A stretch of 64,000 nucleotides of DNA from Syntrophales bacterium (GTDB lineage: Bacteria; Desulfobacterota; Syntrophia; Syntrophales; UBA2185): contig JBKQQP010000006.1 in the NCBI GenBank assembly GCA_052144335.1, positions 21,778 to 85,777 on the forward strand. Reading direction: 5' to 3'. The notes under the pieces are model-generated. The model ran no database searches. It saw only the letters and a program-made list of their open reading frames with translations, and was not told the origin of the DNA. Shown here in pieces: positions 1-9,050 of the stretch (positions within the stretch are counted from its first letter, which is position 1; the number at the start of each line of letters is the position of its first letter). A program made the translations under genes and the position numbers.

Positions 1-193
1 ATACAATCTTGTATAATTTATAAAATTGAAACTTTCCGCAGCAAGCTAAGGTGTTTGCGCTCGCTACCGGATCCGACTTCTCGCCTGTGAAAATTTTTTT
101 CTCAACGGAAATGACGGGATTTTGAAGAAAGCGTTCGGTGCCATTCACCAGCTAACCTCCTCGCAGAATCGTTGAAACCTCTCATCGGCACGC

Positions 194-310
194 TCAGCAA
201 TCTACGGTCGTTTGTCCTTGACACACAATCATCCACTTCGACTTTTTCTCGTTAATGATAAAAAATGGTGTGCCGCTTATGTGCTTCTTTACGGCTAAAA
301 TTTTCCCTAA
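194..310 (-). pseudogene. Remnant of the 3-prime end of a DsbC/thioredoxin-fold gene
   Basis: The minus-strand frame reads LGKILAVKKHISGTPFFIINEKKSKWMIVCQGQTTVDC*. This matches the ...GISGTPFFIINEKKS... C-terminus of the intact gene at 1990-2700. An in-frame TAA lies just upstream and no CxxC/N-terminal part is present. Confidence 0.45.
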
Positions 311-373
311 TTACTTAAACCCATCAACCGTTTCAATTAATAGCGCTGATTGCCCGCCCGTTAAATGCAGAAA

Positions 374-1750
374 TCAGGGATTGGCAGCTTCGACCTGCGG
401 TTTTGTGAATGGCTCCGTTTGGTGGACGACCTTCTCGGCAAAGAGCGTCTTGATCTCACCGTCAGGCAATCCGATCATCTTCGAAAGAATGTCCTCGGTA
501 TCCTGCCCGATAGAGGGCGCCCCTCTCCAGACCTTCCCAGGGGTCAGCGACATCTTGGGCACGATGCCGTAAACCCGGATGGGAATACCCGATTGGTGAT
601 CCAGGACAGGCACGATCATTTCCCTGAGGTTATAATGTTCGTCCGCATACTGGTCCTTGGCACCGAAAATCCTCGAACAGCCTATCTGGGCCTTGTTAAG
701 TTCCGTCTCTACCTCAAGACCAGTGCGGGCCGCGCAGTATTCCCGTAGTCGCCTGTCAAGTTCCTTGCCCTTCTCCGAGTTTACGGCGGCGGCGTCCTTC
801 GAGCACTCATTGTAATTGTAAACTTCCGGATCTAGGCCCAGGAACTTAGGCACCCTTGGATAGATCGCCCCCCCGAAGGCTCCGATGAAAACATAGCCGT
901 CCTTGCACTTGAAGGTATCATATGGTTGGAACCCCGCGGCGCGGTTCCCCGTGTGCCCATAGCTCACGCCCTGTCCAGTATAAAGGGGCAGAACGTTTCC
1001 CTGAGTCTGGGCAACGGCCTCGAACTGGGCACAATCAATGACCTGCCCCTTTCCTGTCTTCTGAACGACCATGAGAGCCATCAGAGTGGCCGCCCAGCCC
1101 GTAAGTGATGTCAAGATGTCGCCCGTATAGGTTTTTGCCCTCTGGGGGGGACCGCTCGGGTCTCCTGTGATGCTCATCATTCCACCATATGCCTGAGCCA
1201 GCCCATCATATCCTGGACGCCCCAGGTAATCGTCCTTGCCAAACTGCCCGTAGGTGCTGACCCGTACGATTACGAGCTTGGGGTTGACCGCCAAGGCAAG
1301 CTCAGCCGTAATACCGGCCCTCTCGATTGTACCGGGCGCTGAAGACTCCATCCACACATCGGATATCTTCCAGAGTGCCATAAGGATCTCTCTGCCTTTC
1401 TTGTACTTGATGTCGAGGCCCAGGGACAATTTATTCTTGGTAATCTCCGCGGCATCACAGCTATGCTCCCTGGGCCCTTTCGTCATGAGCGGCGGAATGA
1501 TCCGGTAGGGATCTCCGCCAGGCCTCTCAACGTGTATCGTTTCAGCTCCAAAATCAGCCATCTTTGTCGCCATGAAAGGTTGAGCGGCAATGATTCCGGT
1601 GCTTGTAACACGGATGCCTTCCAAAGGTCCAAACTTAGGCGACAGAATAGGTGTCGGGGGCCTTTTAAGATTTTTTATCCAATCCGGTATCGATCTTCTG
1701 AGTTCCTCGATCTTCTCTTCATTCTTCAAAATCCTTTTATCGTGTGCCAT
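374..1750 (-). CDS. Family III acyl-CoA transferase (CaiB/BaiF/Frc type)
   Basis: 458-aa ORF. The N-terminal GIRVTS..IAAQPF..KMADFGAETIHVERPGGDPYR block and overall layout are typical of family III CoA-transferases. The substrate is not inferable. Confidence 0.85.
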   Translation of the reverse strand: MAHDKRILKNEEKIEELRRSIPDWIKNLKRPPTPILSPKFGPLEGIRVTSTGIIAAQPFMATKMADFGAETIHVERPGGDPYRIIPPLMTKGPREHSCDAAEITKNKLSLGLDIKYKKGREILMALWKISDVWMESSAPGTIERAGITAELALAVNPKLVIVRVSTYGQFGKDDYLGRPGYDGLAQAYGGMMSITGDPSGPPQRAKTYTGDILTSLTGWAATLMALMVVQKTGKGQVIDCAQFEAVAQTQGNVLPLYTGQGVSYGHTGNRAAGFQPYDTFKCKDGYVFIGAFGGAIYPRVPKFLGLDPEVYNYNECSKDAAAVNSEKGKELDRRLREYCAARTGLEVETELNKAQIGCSRIFGAKDQYADEHYNLREMIVPVLDHQSGIPIRVYGIVPKMSLTPGKVWRGAPSIGQDTEDILSKMIGLPDGEIKTLFAEKVVHQTEPFTKPQVEAANP

Positions 1751-1989
1751 CTGTACAGTCCCTCCCTTTAGTATTTTTGTGACCCTCGGGTCGATTCATG
1801 TTCAATCAGAAAATCACCCCCTCTTTTCATATGTAATATCAGATCATATTAAAGTTAGTAACAGGGCATAACAATATTAATCGTTTTGTTAGATTTTTGA
1901 GGATTATCATTCGAAAGATTGTATACTCATCAAAATTACGGGAAGGAGAGGCAATGGAAAACAAAGATGCCACGTCGGTCACACAAATT

Positions 1990-2700
1990 TCACTTCTTTA
2001 AAGCTTCTTCGATCTCGGGAATATTTGCGCCAACGACCGACTTCTTCTCGTTAATGATAAAGAACGGTGTGCCGCTTATGCCCATCTTTTGCCCTATCTG
2101 TTTGTGAATCTCTAAGAGTTTAGCTGCCTCAGGTTTTAAGCATTTTTCATATTTCTGATTATCTAACTTGCCCTGCATGACATCTTCGTAAGCTTTCGCC
2201 CGATCGGTGGCGCAAAAGATATATTTTATTTTGTTCTCAGCGTCCTCGTGCATGGGAAGAGGGAAAAAGAAAACATAGCGCGTCACGTCCTTTCTCTGTC
2301 CTAAAAAGGAGGATGCAGTCCTGCAATATGGGCAATCGGGATCGGTGAATTCTACAATAATATTTTTGCCGTTTCCTACCTTGACGGCCTTGTCCAACGG
2401 AAGTTTTTTTGCGCTTTCAGCAAAAAGCGTGTTCTTTCTCTCTTCGGTGAGGTTCCTTCCCTCCTTATCGTAGATATTCCCGACGATAAGATAGCCAGGG
2501 TCCGGAACAAAATAAATTATATCAGAACCTTTAATGACTTCGTATACGCCCTTCACATCGGTTTGTTTAATTGCATCAAAATCTGCTCCAGGAAATTCTT
2601 TTCTCAAGGTCTCTTCTACAGTTTCAGCGCGCAGGCTTCCGCAAATTACGAAGACCAAAACAAATGCAAACAAAATGGACGCTATGGTTCTCTTGTTCAT
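1990..2700 (-). CDS. Periplasmic thiol:disulfide interchange protein, DsbC/DsbG-like
   Basis: Signal peptide (MNKRTIASILFAFVLVFVICGSLRA), CPYC active-site motif and a GISGTPFF cis-Pro loop region. Confidence 0.8.
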   Translation of the reverse strand: MNKRTIASILFAFVLVFVICGSLRAETVEETLRKEFPGADFDAIKQTDVKGVYEVIKGSDIIYFVPDPGYLIVGNIYDKEGRNLTEERKNTLFAESAKKLPLDKAVKVGNGKNIIVEFTDPDCPYCRTASSFLGQRKDVTRYVFFFPLPMHEDAENKIKYIFCATDRAKAYEDVMQGKLDNQKYEKCLKPEAAKLLEIHKQIGQKMGISGTPFFIINEKKSVVGANIPEIEEALKK

Positions 2701-2877
2701 CCATCCTCCTTACCACCATACCAATAATACCATACCAATAATGTTGTTAATATAACACTATTGATGCAGGATACCTATCAAAATGATTCGCCAGACATGC
2801 AGCCAGACTCCAAAACCACTCTCAACAGCTTCGGCTATCTCAGCCAATTATAAACGCATGGCAGAAACGGCTCTCAC

Positions 2878-3198
2878 TCAATGAATGATCACCGCCTGCA
2901 AGACCCAGAGCGCCACCATGCCCACTCCGATCGTGAGCAGTACATTCCTGGTGCGCCAGGCAACAGCGGCGGCCAGCGCTCCCGCAAGCAGCCGGAGATT
3001 TCCGAAGGACAAATCGAGCGTGCCTTTCGGCATCAGCAACTCCGGAAAAATAATCGCAGACAAAACTGCCGGAGGCACGAGGCACAGGGCCCATTGAATG
3101 ATCGGTGGTAGATTGACGCGCCCGATCAGCAAGATCATTGATAGACGGATCGCGTAGGTGACTAAGCCCATACATATGAGAAGGAGCCACACATTCAT
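2878..3198 (-). CDS. azlD: AzlD-family branched-chain amino acid transport protein
   Basis: Only the last 106 codons of ORF 2878-3630 are credible (MNVWLLLICMGLVTYAIRLSMILL...). The protein is small and hydrophobic. Its ATG at 3196-3198 overlaps the azlC stop as ATGA. Confidence 0.8.
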   Translation of the reverse strand: MNVWLLLICMGLVTYAIRLSMILLIGRVNLPPIIQWALCLVPPAVLSAIIFPELLMPKGTLDLSFGNLRLLAGALAAAVAWRTRNVLLTIGVGMVALWVLQAVIIH

Positions 3199-3959
3199 CG
3201 GCTGTCCCCCCGGTCGTGACGGCGGCCGTTTGACACCTGTCTCTCTTCGACCCAAAGGCCAATTGCCATGCCGCTGATGGCCGCGATTATCAATCCCAGC
3301 TTGTAGGGCAGGCCAAAAGCCAGGACGGCGATGATGCCAGCAGAAAGCGCCGCCGCCACGCTCGGCCGATCGCGCAACGCCGGCACGACGAGCGCGATGA
3401 ACGTGAGGGCTATGGTGAAATCGAGCGACCAACTTGATGGTACCTGCGCGCCAAGGATGATACCCGCGGCGGTGCTGACTTGCCACGTGCTCCACATCGC
3501 CAGTCCCGCCCCCAGCAAATACCAGTGCCTGGTGGCAGATTTGACAGATGAGGCCGCTTCTTGATTGTAGCGAGTGATAGTGACGGCATACGCCTCGTCG
3601 GTGAGTAGATAAGCAAGCAACCACTTCCAACCGGGGTTGAGCCGGGCGAGATAAGGGGCGATGGAGGCGCTATACAGTATATGCCGCAGGTTCACGATGA
3701 ACGTGGTAAAGACGATGACCATCCCCGGGGCGCCTGCATGAATGAGTTGCACGCCCACAAACTGCGCCGACCCGGCAAAAACAATAGACGACATCCCCAT
3801 GGCCGCGCCAACCGTCAGCCCGGCACCAACGGCCAGCACGCCGTAAATCATGCCGAACGGGACCACGCCTAACAAGATCGGTATTATGGCCCTGACGCCA
3901 GCAATAAATTCAGAGCGCGGCGAATGCCTCAAATGACAATTTGTATTCACTGCCGCCAA
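3195..3959 (-). CDS. azlC: AzlC-family branched-chain amino acid permease
   Basis: 254-aa polytopic membrane protein with the AzlC-like blocks GVVPFGMIYGVLAV... and SSIVFAGSAQF. It is translationally coupled to azlD. Confidence 0.85.
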   Translation of the reverse strand: MAAVNTNCHLRHSPRSEFIAGVRAIIPILLGVVPFGMIYGVLAVGAGLTVGAAMGMSSIVFAGSAQFVGVQLIHAGAPGMVIVFTTFIVNLRHILYSASIAPYLARLNPGWKWLLAYLLTDEAYAVTITRYNQEAASSVKSATRHWYLLGAGLAMWSTWQVSTAAGIILGAQVPSSWSLDFTIALTFIALVVPALRDRPSVAAALSAGIIAVLAFGLPYKLGLIIAAISGMAIGLWVEERQVSNGRRHDRGDSR

Positions 3960-3989
3960 CCCAAAAAGCCGCTTGAATGTCAGAAATCT

Positions 3990-6236
3990 CTACAGTCCCA
4001 CCCACAGAGCAAAGTGGTAGGCAATGATGCCGCTGGAAAAAGAGACAATCAACATCAAGAGCAGAGAGGACGCAAACCATTTCGTACTTCCCATTTCTTT
4101 TTTCATCACCGTCACAGTGGCAACGCAGGGAATAAAAAGCATGAGAACAACCAGGAAAGCCAGCCCCGAGGCGTGGCTCACAACATTAGGCAAGACCGCA
4201 AGCAACCCGTGCTCGCCCACGCCGTAAAGAACTCCGAGGGTGGCAATTACATTCTCTTTCGCCACGAAGCTCGTAATCAAGGCTGTCAGCATTTTCCAGT
4301 CAAGACCCATCGGACTCCCCACCGGCTCCAGGAAGCGGCCGAACCACGCGAGAACGCTGCCCTCCATATCGCCGCTCGGAAAATAGGAGAAAATCCAAAT
4401 GACGACAGAAACAGTCAGTATGACCGTGCCCGCCCTCTTCACAAATGCTACCGTCCTTGCCCATACAACGATTCCAATCGTTCTGGGGTCGGGCTTATGA
4501 TAGAGCGGCAGCTCCATGATGAAAGGCATGGGCTCATCCTTCAAAATAAATCTATCTATGAAAATGCCTATGAGGCCCAAGACAAGTATGTTCATGGTCA
4601 GCAATGCCCAGGAAACAAGGGCTGCCTTGTCCGCAAACAGAGCGGCAGAGACAAATGTCAGGACGGCAAGCCGCGCCGTGCAGGGGACGAAGGGGATAAG
4701 AAATATCGTGAGCAACCGCTCCCTTTTGGACTCTACAATTCTCGTGCCCAGAACCGAGGGCACATTACACCCGAAACCCAAACACATGGGAATAAAGCTC
4801 TTACCATGAAGGCCCACAAGGTGCATGAATCTGTCCATGACAAAAGCCGCTCTTGCCATATATCCAACGTCTTCCAGAAAAGCCATGACCGCAAAAAATA
4901 TGAGTAATATGGGAAGCAAGGTGAGGACTGACCCCACACCCCCGATTACTCCGTCGATTAAGATTCCCCTGACCCAGGGATGAAAAGAGGCGATTGCCGC
5001 ATCCAGCCACCCGGCGAGGACAGAGACCATCCATTCAACCTGCTTTTGCAGGGGTAACCCTATCTTATATGTCATCAAGAAGACGCCTGCAAAAACTGCA
5101 AGGAGTATGGGAATGCCGAGAATGGGCCGGGTGAGAATATGGTCGATTCTGTCAGTCATGACAACCTGTCCCATTTTGAATCTCGAAACCGTGGCCCGGG
5201 TAACCTCTTCGATCCAGTCATACCTGCCGCCGACCACAGCGTGGAGAGAGTCTTCATGCTTGATGAGCAGTGTTTGTATCCTGTTCCACACATCCGCGGG
5301 CACTAGCCCCTCCATCACCTTTGATATTTCCGGATCGCCTTCCATGAGCTTCGTGGCGGTCCAGTGGACGGTGAACGGAGGTGGGACGTATTCTTTGATG
5401 AGATTCATGAGACTATCGAAAATCGCCCTGTGATCCGGGGAAACATCGGGTATTCTGGGTTTATAATCCAGTTCCCCTCTTGCCGTAGCGATGACGGTGG
5501 ATACGAGTTCCTTGATGCCCCTGTTTTTTGTAGCAACCATGGGCACGACCGGTATCCCCAGAGATTTTTGCAGTGCCTTCACATCAACATGGATCCCCTG
5601 AGCCTCAGCAACATCGATCATATTGACGGCTACAACAATCGGCGGACCCAGAAGCAGCAGTTCCGACAAGAGATAGAGGCTTCTTTCGAGTGCAGATGCA
5701 TTCACGAGATGGACAATAACATCGGGGTTCACACTGATGATAAAATCACGCGCAACCCTCTCCTCCTCGGAGAAGGCAGTCAGGCTGTAAGTGCCGGGTA
5801 AGTCTACTATCTGCAGTTCCACGTCATCCGAAACGTGGGCCCCTTCTTTCTTCTCCACCGTTTTTCCCGGCCAGTTGCCTACATGCTGTGATAATCCGGT
5901 AAGGATATTGAATACAGTTGATTTCCCCACGTTGGGCTGACCGGCAAGCGCGACGAGAAGTTTCTTTTCAACCCTTTTCTGTTCCCCTTCATCCCGGGCT
6001 GCCGCAACCTTGAATACCAGCATCTTCGATGCCTCTCCACCTCCCAGGGCCACCCTTGTATCCGCTACCTGGACAATAATCAGTCCCCCGCTCTTGCGAA
6101 GGACTTTGAGCTTAGCGCTAGTCACAATACCCATGCCTGCAAGTCTGCTCGTGAGAGACCCGCCTCCGGAGATGGCCTGAATAATCCCTTCTTCGCCCAC
6201 GCTCATTGATGTTACGGGTATCAACTCAGTGCCCAT
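3990..6236 (-). CDS. feoB: Ferrous iron transporter FeoB with an N-terminal FeoA domain (FeoA-FeoB fusion)
   Basis: The N-terminal ~80 aa are FeoA-like (LTSRLAGMGIVTSAKLKVLRKSGGLIIVQV..TRVALGGGEASKMLV). They are followed by the G-domain GQPNVGKSTVFN, DLPGTYSL and a polytopic membrane domain. Confidence 0.9.
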   Translation of the reverse strand: MGTELIPVTSMSVGEEGIIQAISGGGSLTSRLAGMGIVTSAKLKVLRKSGGLIIVQVADTRVALGGGEASKMLVFKVAAARDEGEQKRVEKKLLVALAGQPNVGKSTVFNILTGLSQHVGNWPGKTVEKKEGAHVSDDVELQIVDLPGTYSLTAFSEEERVARDFIISVNPDVIVHLVNASALERSLYLLSELLLLGPPIVVAVNMIDVAEAQGIHVDVKALQKSLGIPVVPMVATKNRGIKELVSTVIATARGELDYKPRIPDVSPDHRAIFDSLMNLIKEYVPPPFTVHWTATKLMEGDPEISKVMEGLVPADVWNRIQTLLIKHEDSLHAVVGGRYDWIEEVTRATVSRFKMGQVVMTDRIDHILTRPILGIPILLAVFAGVFLMTYKIGLPLQKQVEWMVSVLAGWLDAAIASFHPWVRGILIDGVIGGVGSVLTLLPILLIFFAVMAFLEDVGYMARAAFVMDRFMHLVGLHGKSFIPMCLGFGCNVPSVLGTRIVESKRERLLTIFLIPFVPCTARLAVLTFVSAALFADKAALVSWALLTMNILVLGLIGIFIDRFILKDEPMPFIMELPLYHKPDPRTIGIVVWARTVAFVKRAGTVILTVSVVIWIFSYFPSGDMEGSVLAWFGRFLEPVGSPMGLDWKMLTALITSFVAKENVIATLGVLYGVGEHGLLAVLPNVVSHASGLAFLVVLMLFIPCVATVTVMKKEMGSTKWFASSLLLMLIVSFSSGIIAYHFALWVGL

Positions 6237-6362
6237 GTGCCTCTTTCATAAACCAAGAAACTAACGTGCCCGCTTATACCAAAATTATGCCAGAAAATAC
6301 ATAAAAATGAGGATTCTCCCCGAGGTTCCAGCATATCGGGAGACTCACACATTTCACCATTT

Positions 6363-7046
6363 CTAAATATCCAGCGTATGTCCATTATTCTTTAGCCAGA
6401 TTCTCTGTTTCCTATAATCGGTGATGGTATTCCCCACAAGACCCCAGAAGCGCTCCGAATGATTCTTTTCTTTCATGTGCGCTAACTCATGCACGACCAG
6501 GTAGTCAATGACGGGACGCGGCGCCATTATGAGCCGCCAACTGAAATACAGATGATTATCCTGAGAACATGAACCCCAACGAGAACGCGCGTTGCTTATC
6601 CTGATGTCTCTGGGAGCGAGCTTCATGACCCGGCTGTAATGATCGGTTCTTTCTCCAATATATTCCTGCGCCTTTTTCCGATACCATTCAATGAAAAGCT
6701 GTCTTCCCTGTGAGATCTTGTCGCTCCCAAGGATAAATTGACCGCAGAAAAAGACCAGTTTATCAAACCCAGGAGCTGCCGCTTCGATATTCAACGTATG
6801 TGCTTCCCCCAGGAAAAAAAATATTTCGCCTCTTACATATTTTTTTGCCTTGACTTCTTTTCGCCTTTCCCCGTTCTCCGTAATCTTTCTCCGTAACCAA
6901 CTTTCTTTCTCCCGCACGAATTTATCTATTTCTGGAATCGGGGTTCGATGCGGAGCATTGACGACTGCTGTCCCGTCTGCTTTCACGCGCAATGAAATCG
7001 TCTTTTTTCTTTTCTTGCTCCTTACTACTACGTAATTAAGTTCCAT
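6363..7046 (-). CDS. DUF45/YgjP-type zinc metallohydrolase (HExxH)
   Basis: VVHELAHMKEKNHSERFW motif and the N-terminal KKTISLRVKADGT pattern typical of this family. The start is set at MELNY (7046). The ORF extends to 7151, but that would overlap the divergent gene start. Confidence 0.7.
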   Translation of the reverse strand: MELNYVVVRSKKRKKTISLRVKADGTAVVNAPHRTPIPEIDKFVREKESWLRRKITENGERRKEVKAKKYVRGEIFFFLGEAHTLNIEAAAPGFDKLVFFCGQFILGSDKISQGRQLFIEWYRKKAQEYIGERTDHYSRVMKLAPRDIRISNARSRWGSCSQDNHLYFSWRLIMAPRPVIDYLVVHELAHMKEKNHSERFWGLVGNTITDYRKQRIWLKNNGHTLDI

Positions 7047-7149
7047 TTCTTTGCATCCAATGAAGTCCAAGATAAATATGCTATTTATTACGGGGACAAA
7101 ATAGAGTATTATGAGAAGTGTGGCAAGCAAATAAAGGGGTGATTCAATC

Positions 7150-7608
7150 ATGAAACTAAGTCCGCTCTCATATTTTACTATTTCCTTTATCGTTGCATTT
7201 TTCCTGGGGGCAACTCCCGCTTGTGCACAGGCAGGAAAAGAACAATGGATTTTTGTAGGTTTTACGAAGTACAGAGACGCGCTCTATATGGAGAAGAATA
7301 GCGTCTCTTATCCATCCCCTGAAATTGCACGGGTATGGTCACTGATTGCCCCATCTGAAAAAAGTAAATATCGTCAGGAAATAAAAGGAGAGTTAAAGAA
7401 GTTAAAAAAGTCCGCAAAAGGATTGAAGTACACTGAGATACTAAATGAGATTGAGTGCAGAGGAAACAAGATCAGGTTCCTGCAGATTTTTTATTTCAAC
7501 GCCGAAAGATCCATAATCCACTCCGCTCCCTCTGCCGATCAAGAATGGAAAATGATTTATTCAGGAAGTCTTTGGCAAAATATGCAAAGCGCTGTCTGTA
7601 AGAACTGA
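7150..7608 (+). CDS. Secreted hypothetical protein
   Basis: AAAGGGG ribosome-binding site upstream. Signal peptide ending ATPACAQA. No recognisable family. Confidence 0.5.
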   Translation: MKLSPLSYFTISFIVAFFLGATPACAQAGKEQWIFVGFTKYRDALYMEKNSVSYPSPEIARVWSLIAPSEKSKYRQEIKGELKKLKKSAKGLKYTEILNEIECRGNKIRFLQIFYFNAERSIIHSAPSADQEWKMIYSGSLWQNMQSAVCKN

Positions 7609-7620
7609 TTCTCTCCTAAA

Positions 7621-7660
7621 AAAAACAACCGGGCATTGTTGAAATGCTCGGTTGTTTTTT
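7621..7660. terminator. Bidirectional rho-independent terminator between convergent genes
   Basis: AAAAACAACCGGGCAT-TGTTGAA-ATGCTCGGTTGTTTTTT is a long GC-containing stem flanked by an A-run and a T-run. It lies between the 7608 (+) and 7691 (-) gene ends. Confidence 0.65.
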
Positions 7661-7690
7661 CCTTATCAGATCTTAATAGTAATAGGGATA

Positions 7691-7927
7691 TTACTTGCTC
7701 GCAGGCGCTGCGGGAGCTGGCGCTGCAGGAGCTGGTGCCGGTGCCCCGGGAGCTGGTGCCCCAGGCGCTGGTGCCGGTGCCCCGGGTGCCCCAGGTGCCG
7801 GAGCCGCTGCTTCTTTCTTCGCTGGCTCTGCAGGTTTCTTTTCTGGTGCGGACGGACAGCCGACAAATACAAGCGAAAAAGCTATTAACATCAGCACCGA
7901 AAGAATGAAAGCAAACACCTTCTTCAT
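7691..7927 (-). CDS. Small Pro/Ala-rich lipoprotein
   Basis: MKKVFAFILSVLMLIAFSLVFVGC has a lipobox, followed by an (AP/GAP)n low-complexity tail. An AAGGAGG site precedes the ATG at 7927. Confidence 0.6.
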   Translation of the reverse strand: MKKVFAFILSVLMLIAFSLVFVGCPSAPEKKPAEPAKKEAAAPAPGAPGAPAPAPGAPAPGAPAPAPAAPAPAAPASK

Positions 7928-8178
7928 CAACGTAGTACCTCCTTTCAAAATTTTTCAGACGCTGGGTGTTAAACCCATTTCTTTAGGCACGCAACATACT
8001 CCCTTTTTTCCCCTTGTCAAGATAAATCTGCCAAGTATTTCCTGAAAATAATGGCACATTTTTTGCCAAATCAGCAGGCATTTCCTGGATAACGGCATAT
8101 ATAGTCAATAATCTTGGCCATATAGTGATAGGCTCTATGTGATAATGGGCGCCATCTCAGGATTTGATGCTGAAACCG

Positions 8179-8532
8179 TCAAACCCGGCCGTAGTCGTCC
8201 TCTAACCGTTCGATGTCGTCCTCTCCGAAGTAATCTCCACTTTGAACTTCAATGACAACAACACTCTCCTCCCCGCTGTTCATGATCCTATGCCATGCAC
8301 CTTGGGGAATGTCGATTGCCTGGCCGCACTCCAGTCGGATTTGGTTTTCGTCAATGGTCACGATGCCGCTTCCCTGGACAATGAACCAATGCTCACTTCT
8401 GCGACGGTGTCTCTGAAGACTCAAACGCTGCTTTGGGAACACAACAATCCGTTTTATTTTGTGGTTCGGCTCATCGGCAAGGATGCAGAAATAACCCCAC
8501 GGCCGGTGCTCTTCAGATGTTGGGGACATCAT
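8179..8532 (-). CDS. Cupin-domain protein, mannose-6-phosphate isomerase type II C-terminal-like
   Basis: RPWGYF...K.I.V.P.QRLSLQRHRRRSEHWFIVQG...G....IP.G.WHR..N matches the cupin motif set of the phosphomannose isomerase cupins. Confidence 0.75.
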   Translation of the reverse strand: MMSPTSEEHRPWGYFCILADEPNHKIKRIVVFPKQRLSLQRHRRRSEHWFIVQGSGIVTIDENQIRLECGQAIDIPQGAWHRIMNSGEESVVVIEVQSGDYFGEDDIERLEDDYGRV

Positions 8533-8988
8533 TCTCCTTTAACAAGCCTCCCGAAAAGTCCTTCGAAAATATAAACAGGCTGCCGCTGTAAGCTGCTCGC
8601 CTATGAGATTTTGCTACTTCCCCGCGAAGTACGGGGAAATATTATTATAATGTGATCTAAGGGTTATGTTTTATTCCTCGCTACTCAGTGATTTTGAGAA
8701 ATATCGCTCTTAGACACCTATATGGACACGAAAAAAGGATTAATTCTGATGGATGCAATTAGTAATTTTGTCTGAATTTCAGTTTTCATTTTATTTATGT
8801 ATTCGTTTAATACTTACTCAGCGTCAAGGCAAAGATTGACCTTAATAGCATCTAATTCCACTTCATGTCCGCCCGCACTAACAGACTGCTTGTTGAGCGT
8901 AACGACAGGTGGGATCTGTATACCAGGTTCTTCTGGATAAATCAAAGAGCAAGCACCATTCCGTGTTTTCGAATATGGTCATCAAGAA

Positions 8989-9022
8989 GCCATTCCCGGC
9001 AGGCATATTAGACGGGAATGGC
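8989..9022 (-). terminator. Probable terminator hairpin downstream of the OmpA-like gene
   Basis: GCCATTCCCG-N14-CGGGAATGGC is a 10-bp stem about 30 nt after the stop at 9051. The U-tract is weak. Confidence 0.4.
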
Positions 9023-9050
9023 TCTTGGTAAAGAATTATTAAAACCTACG

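Noticed and set aside
2878-3630. 250-aa ORF suggesting a larger protein overlapping azlC
   Set aside because: Only the last 106 codons (AzlD-like, hydrophobic) look real. The upstream 144 codons are an Arg/His/Gly-rich out-of-frame read of azlC.
3924-4907. 327-aa plus-strand ORF, rich in R/H/K/Q, overlapping feoB
   Set aside because: It lies entirely antisense to a strongly supported FeoB coding region. The skewed basic composition is typical of a shadow frame, and there is no ribosome-binding site.
7691-7830. Repetitive GC-rich DNA as a possible CRISPR or non-coding tandem repeat
   Set aside because: The repeats are in frame and encode a Pro/Ala linker of a lipoprotein with a good signal peptide and lipobox. 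There is no spacer-repeat architecture.
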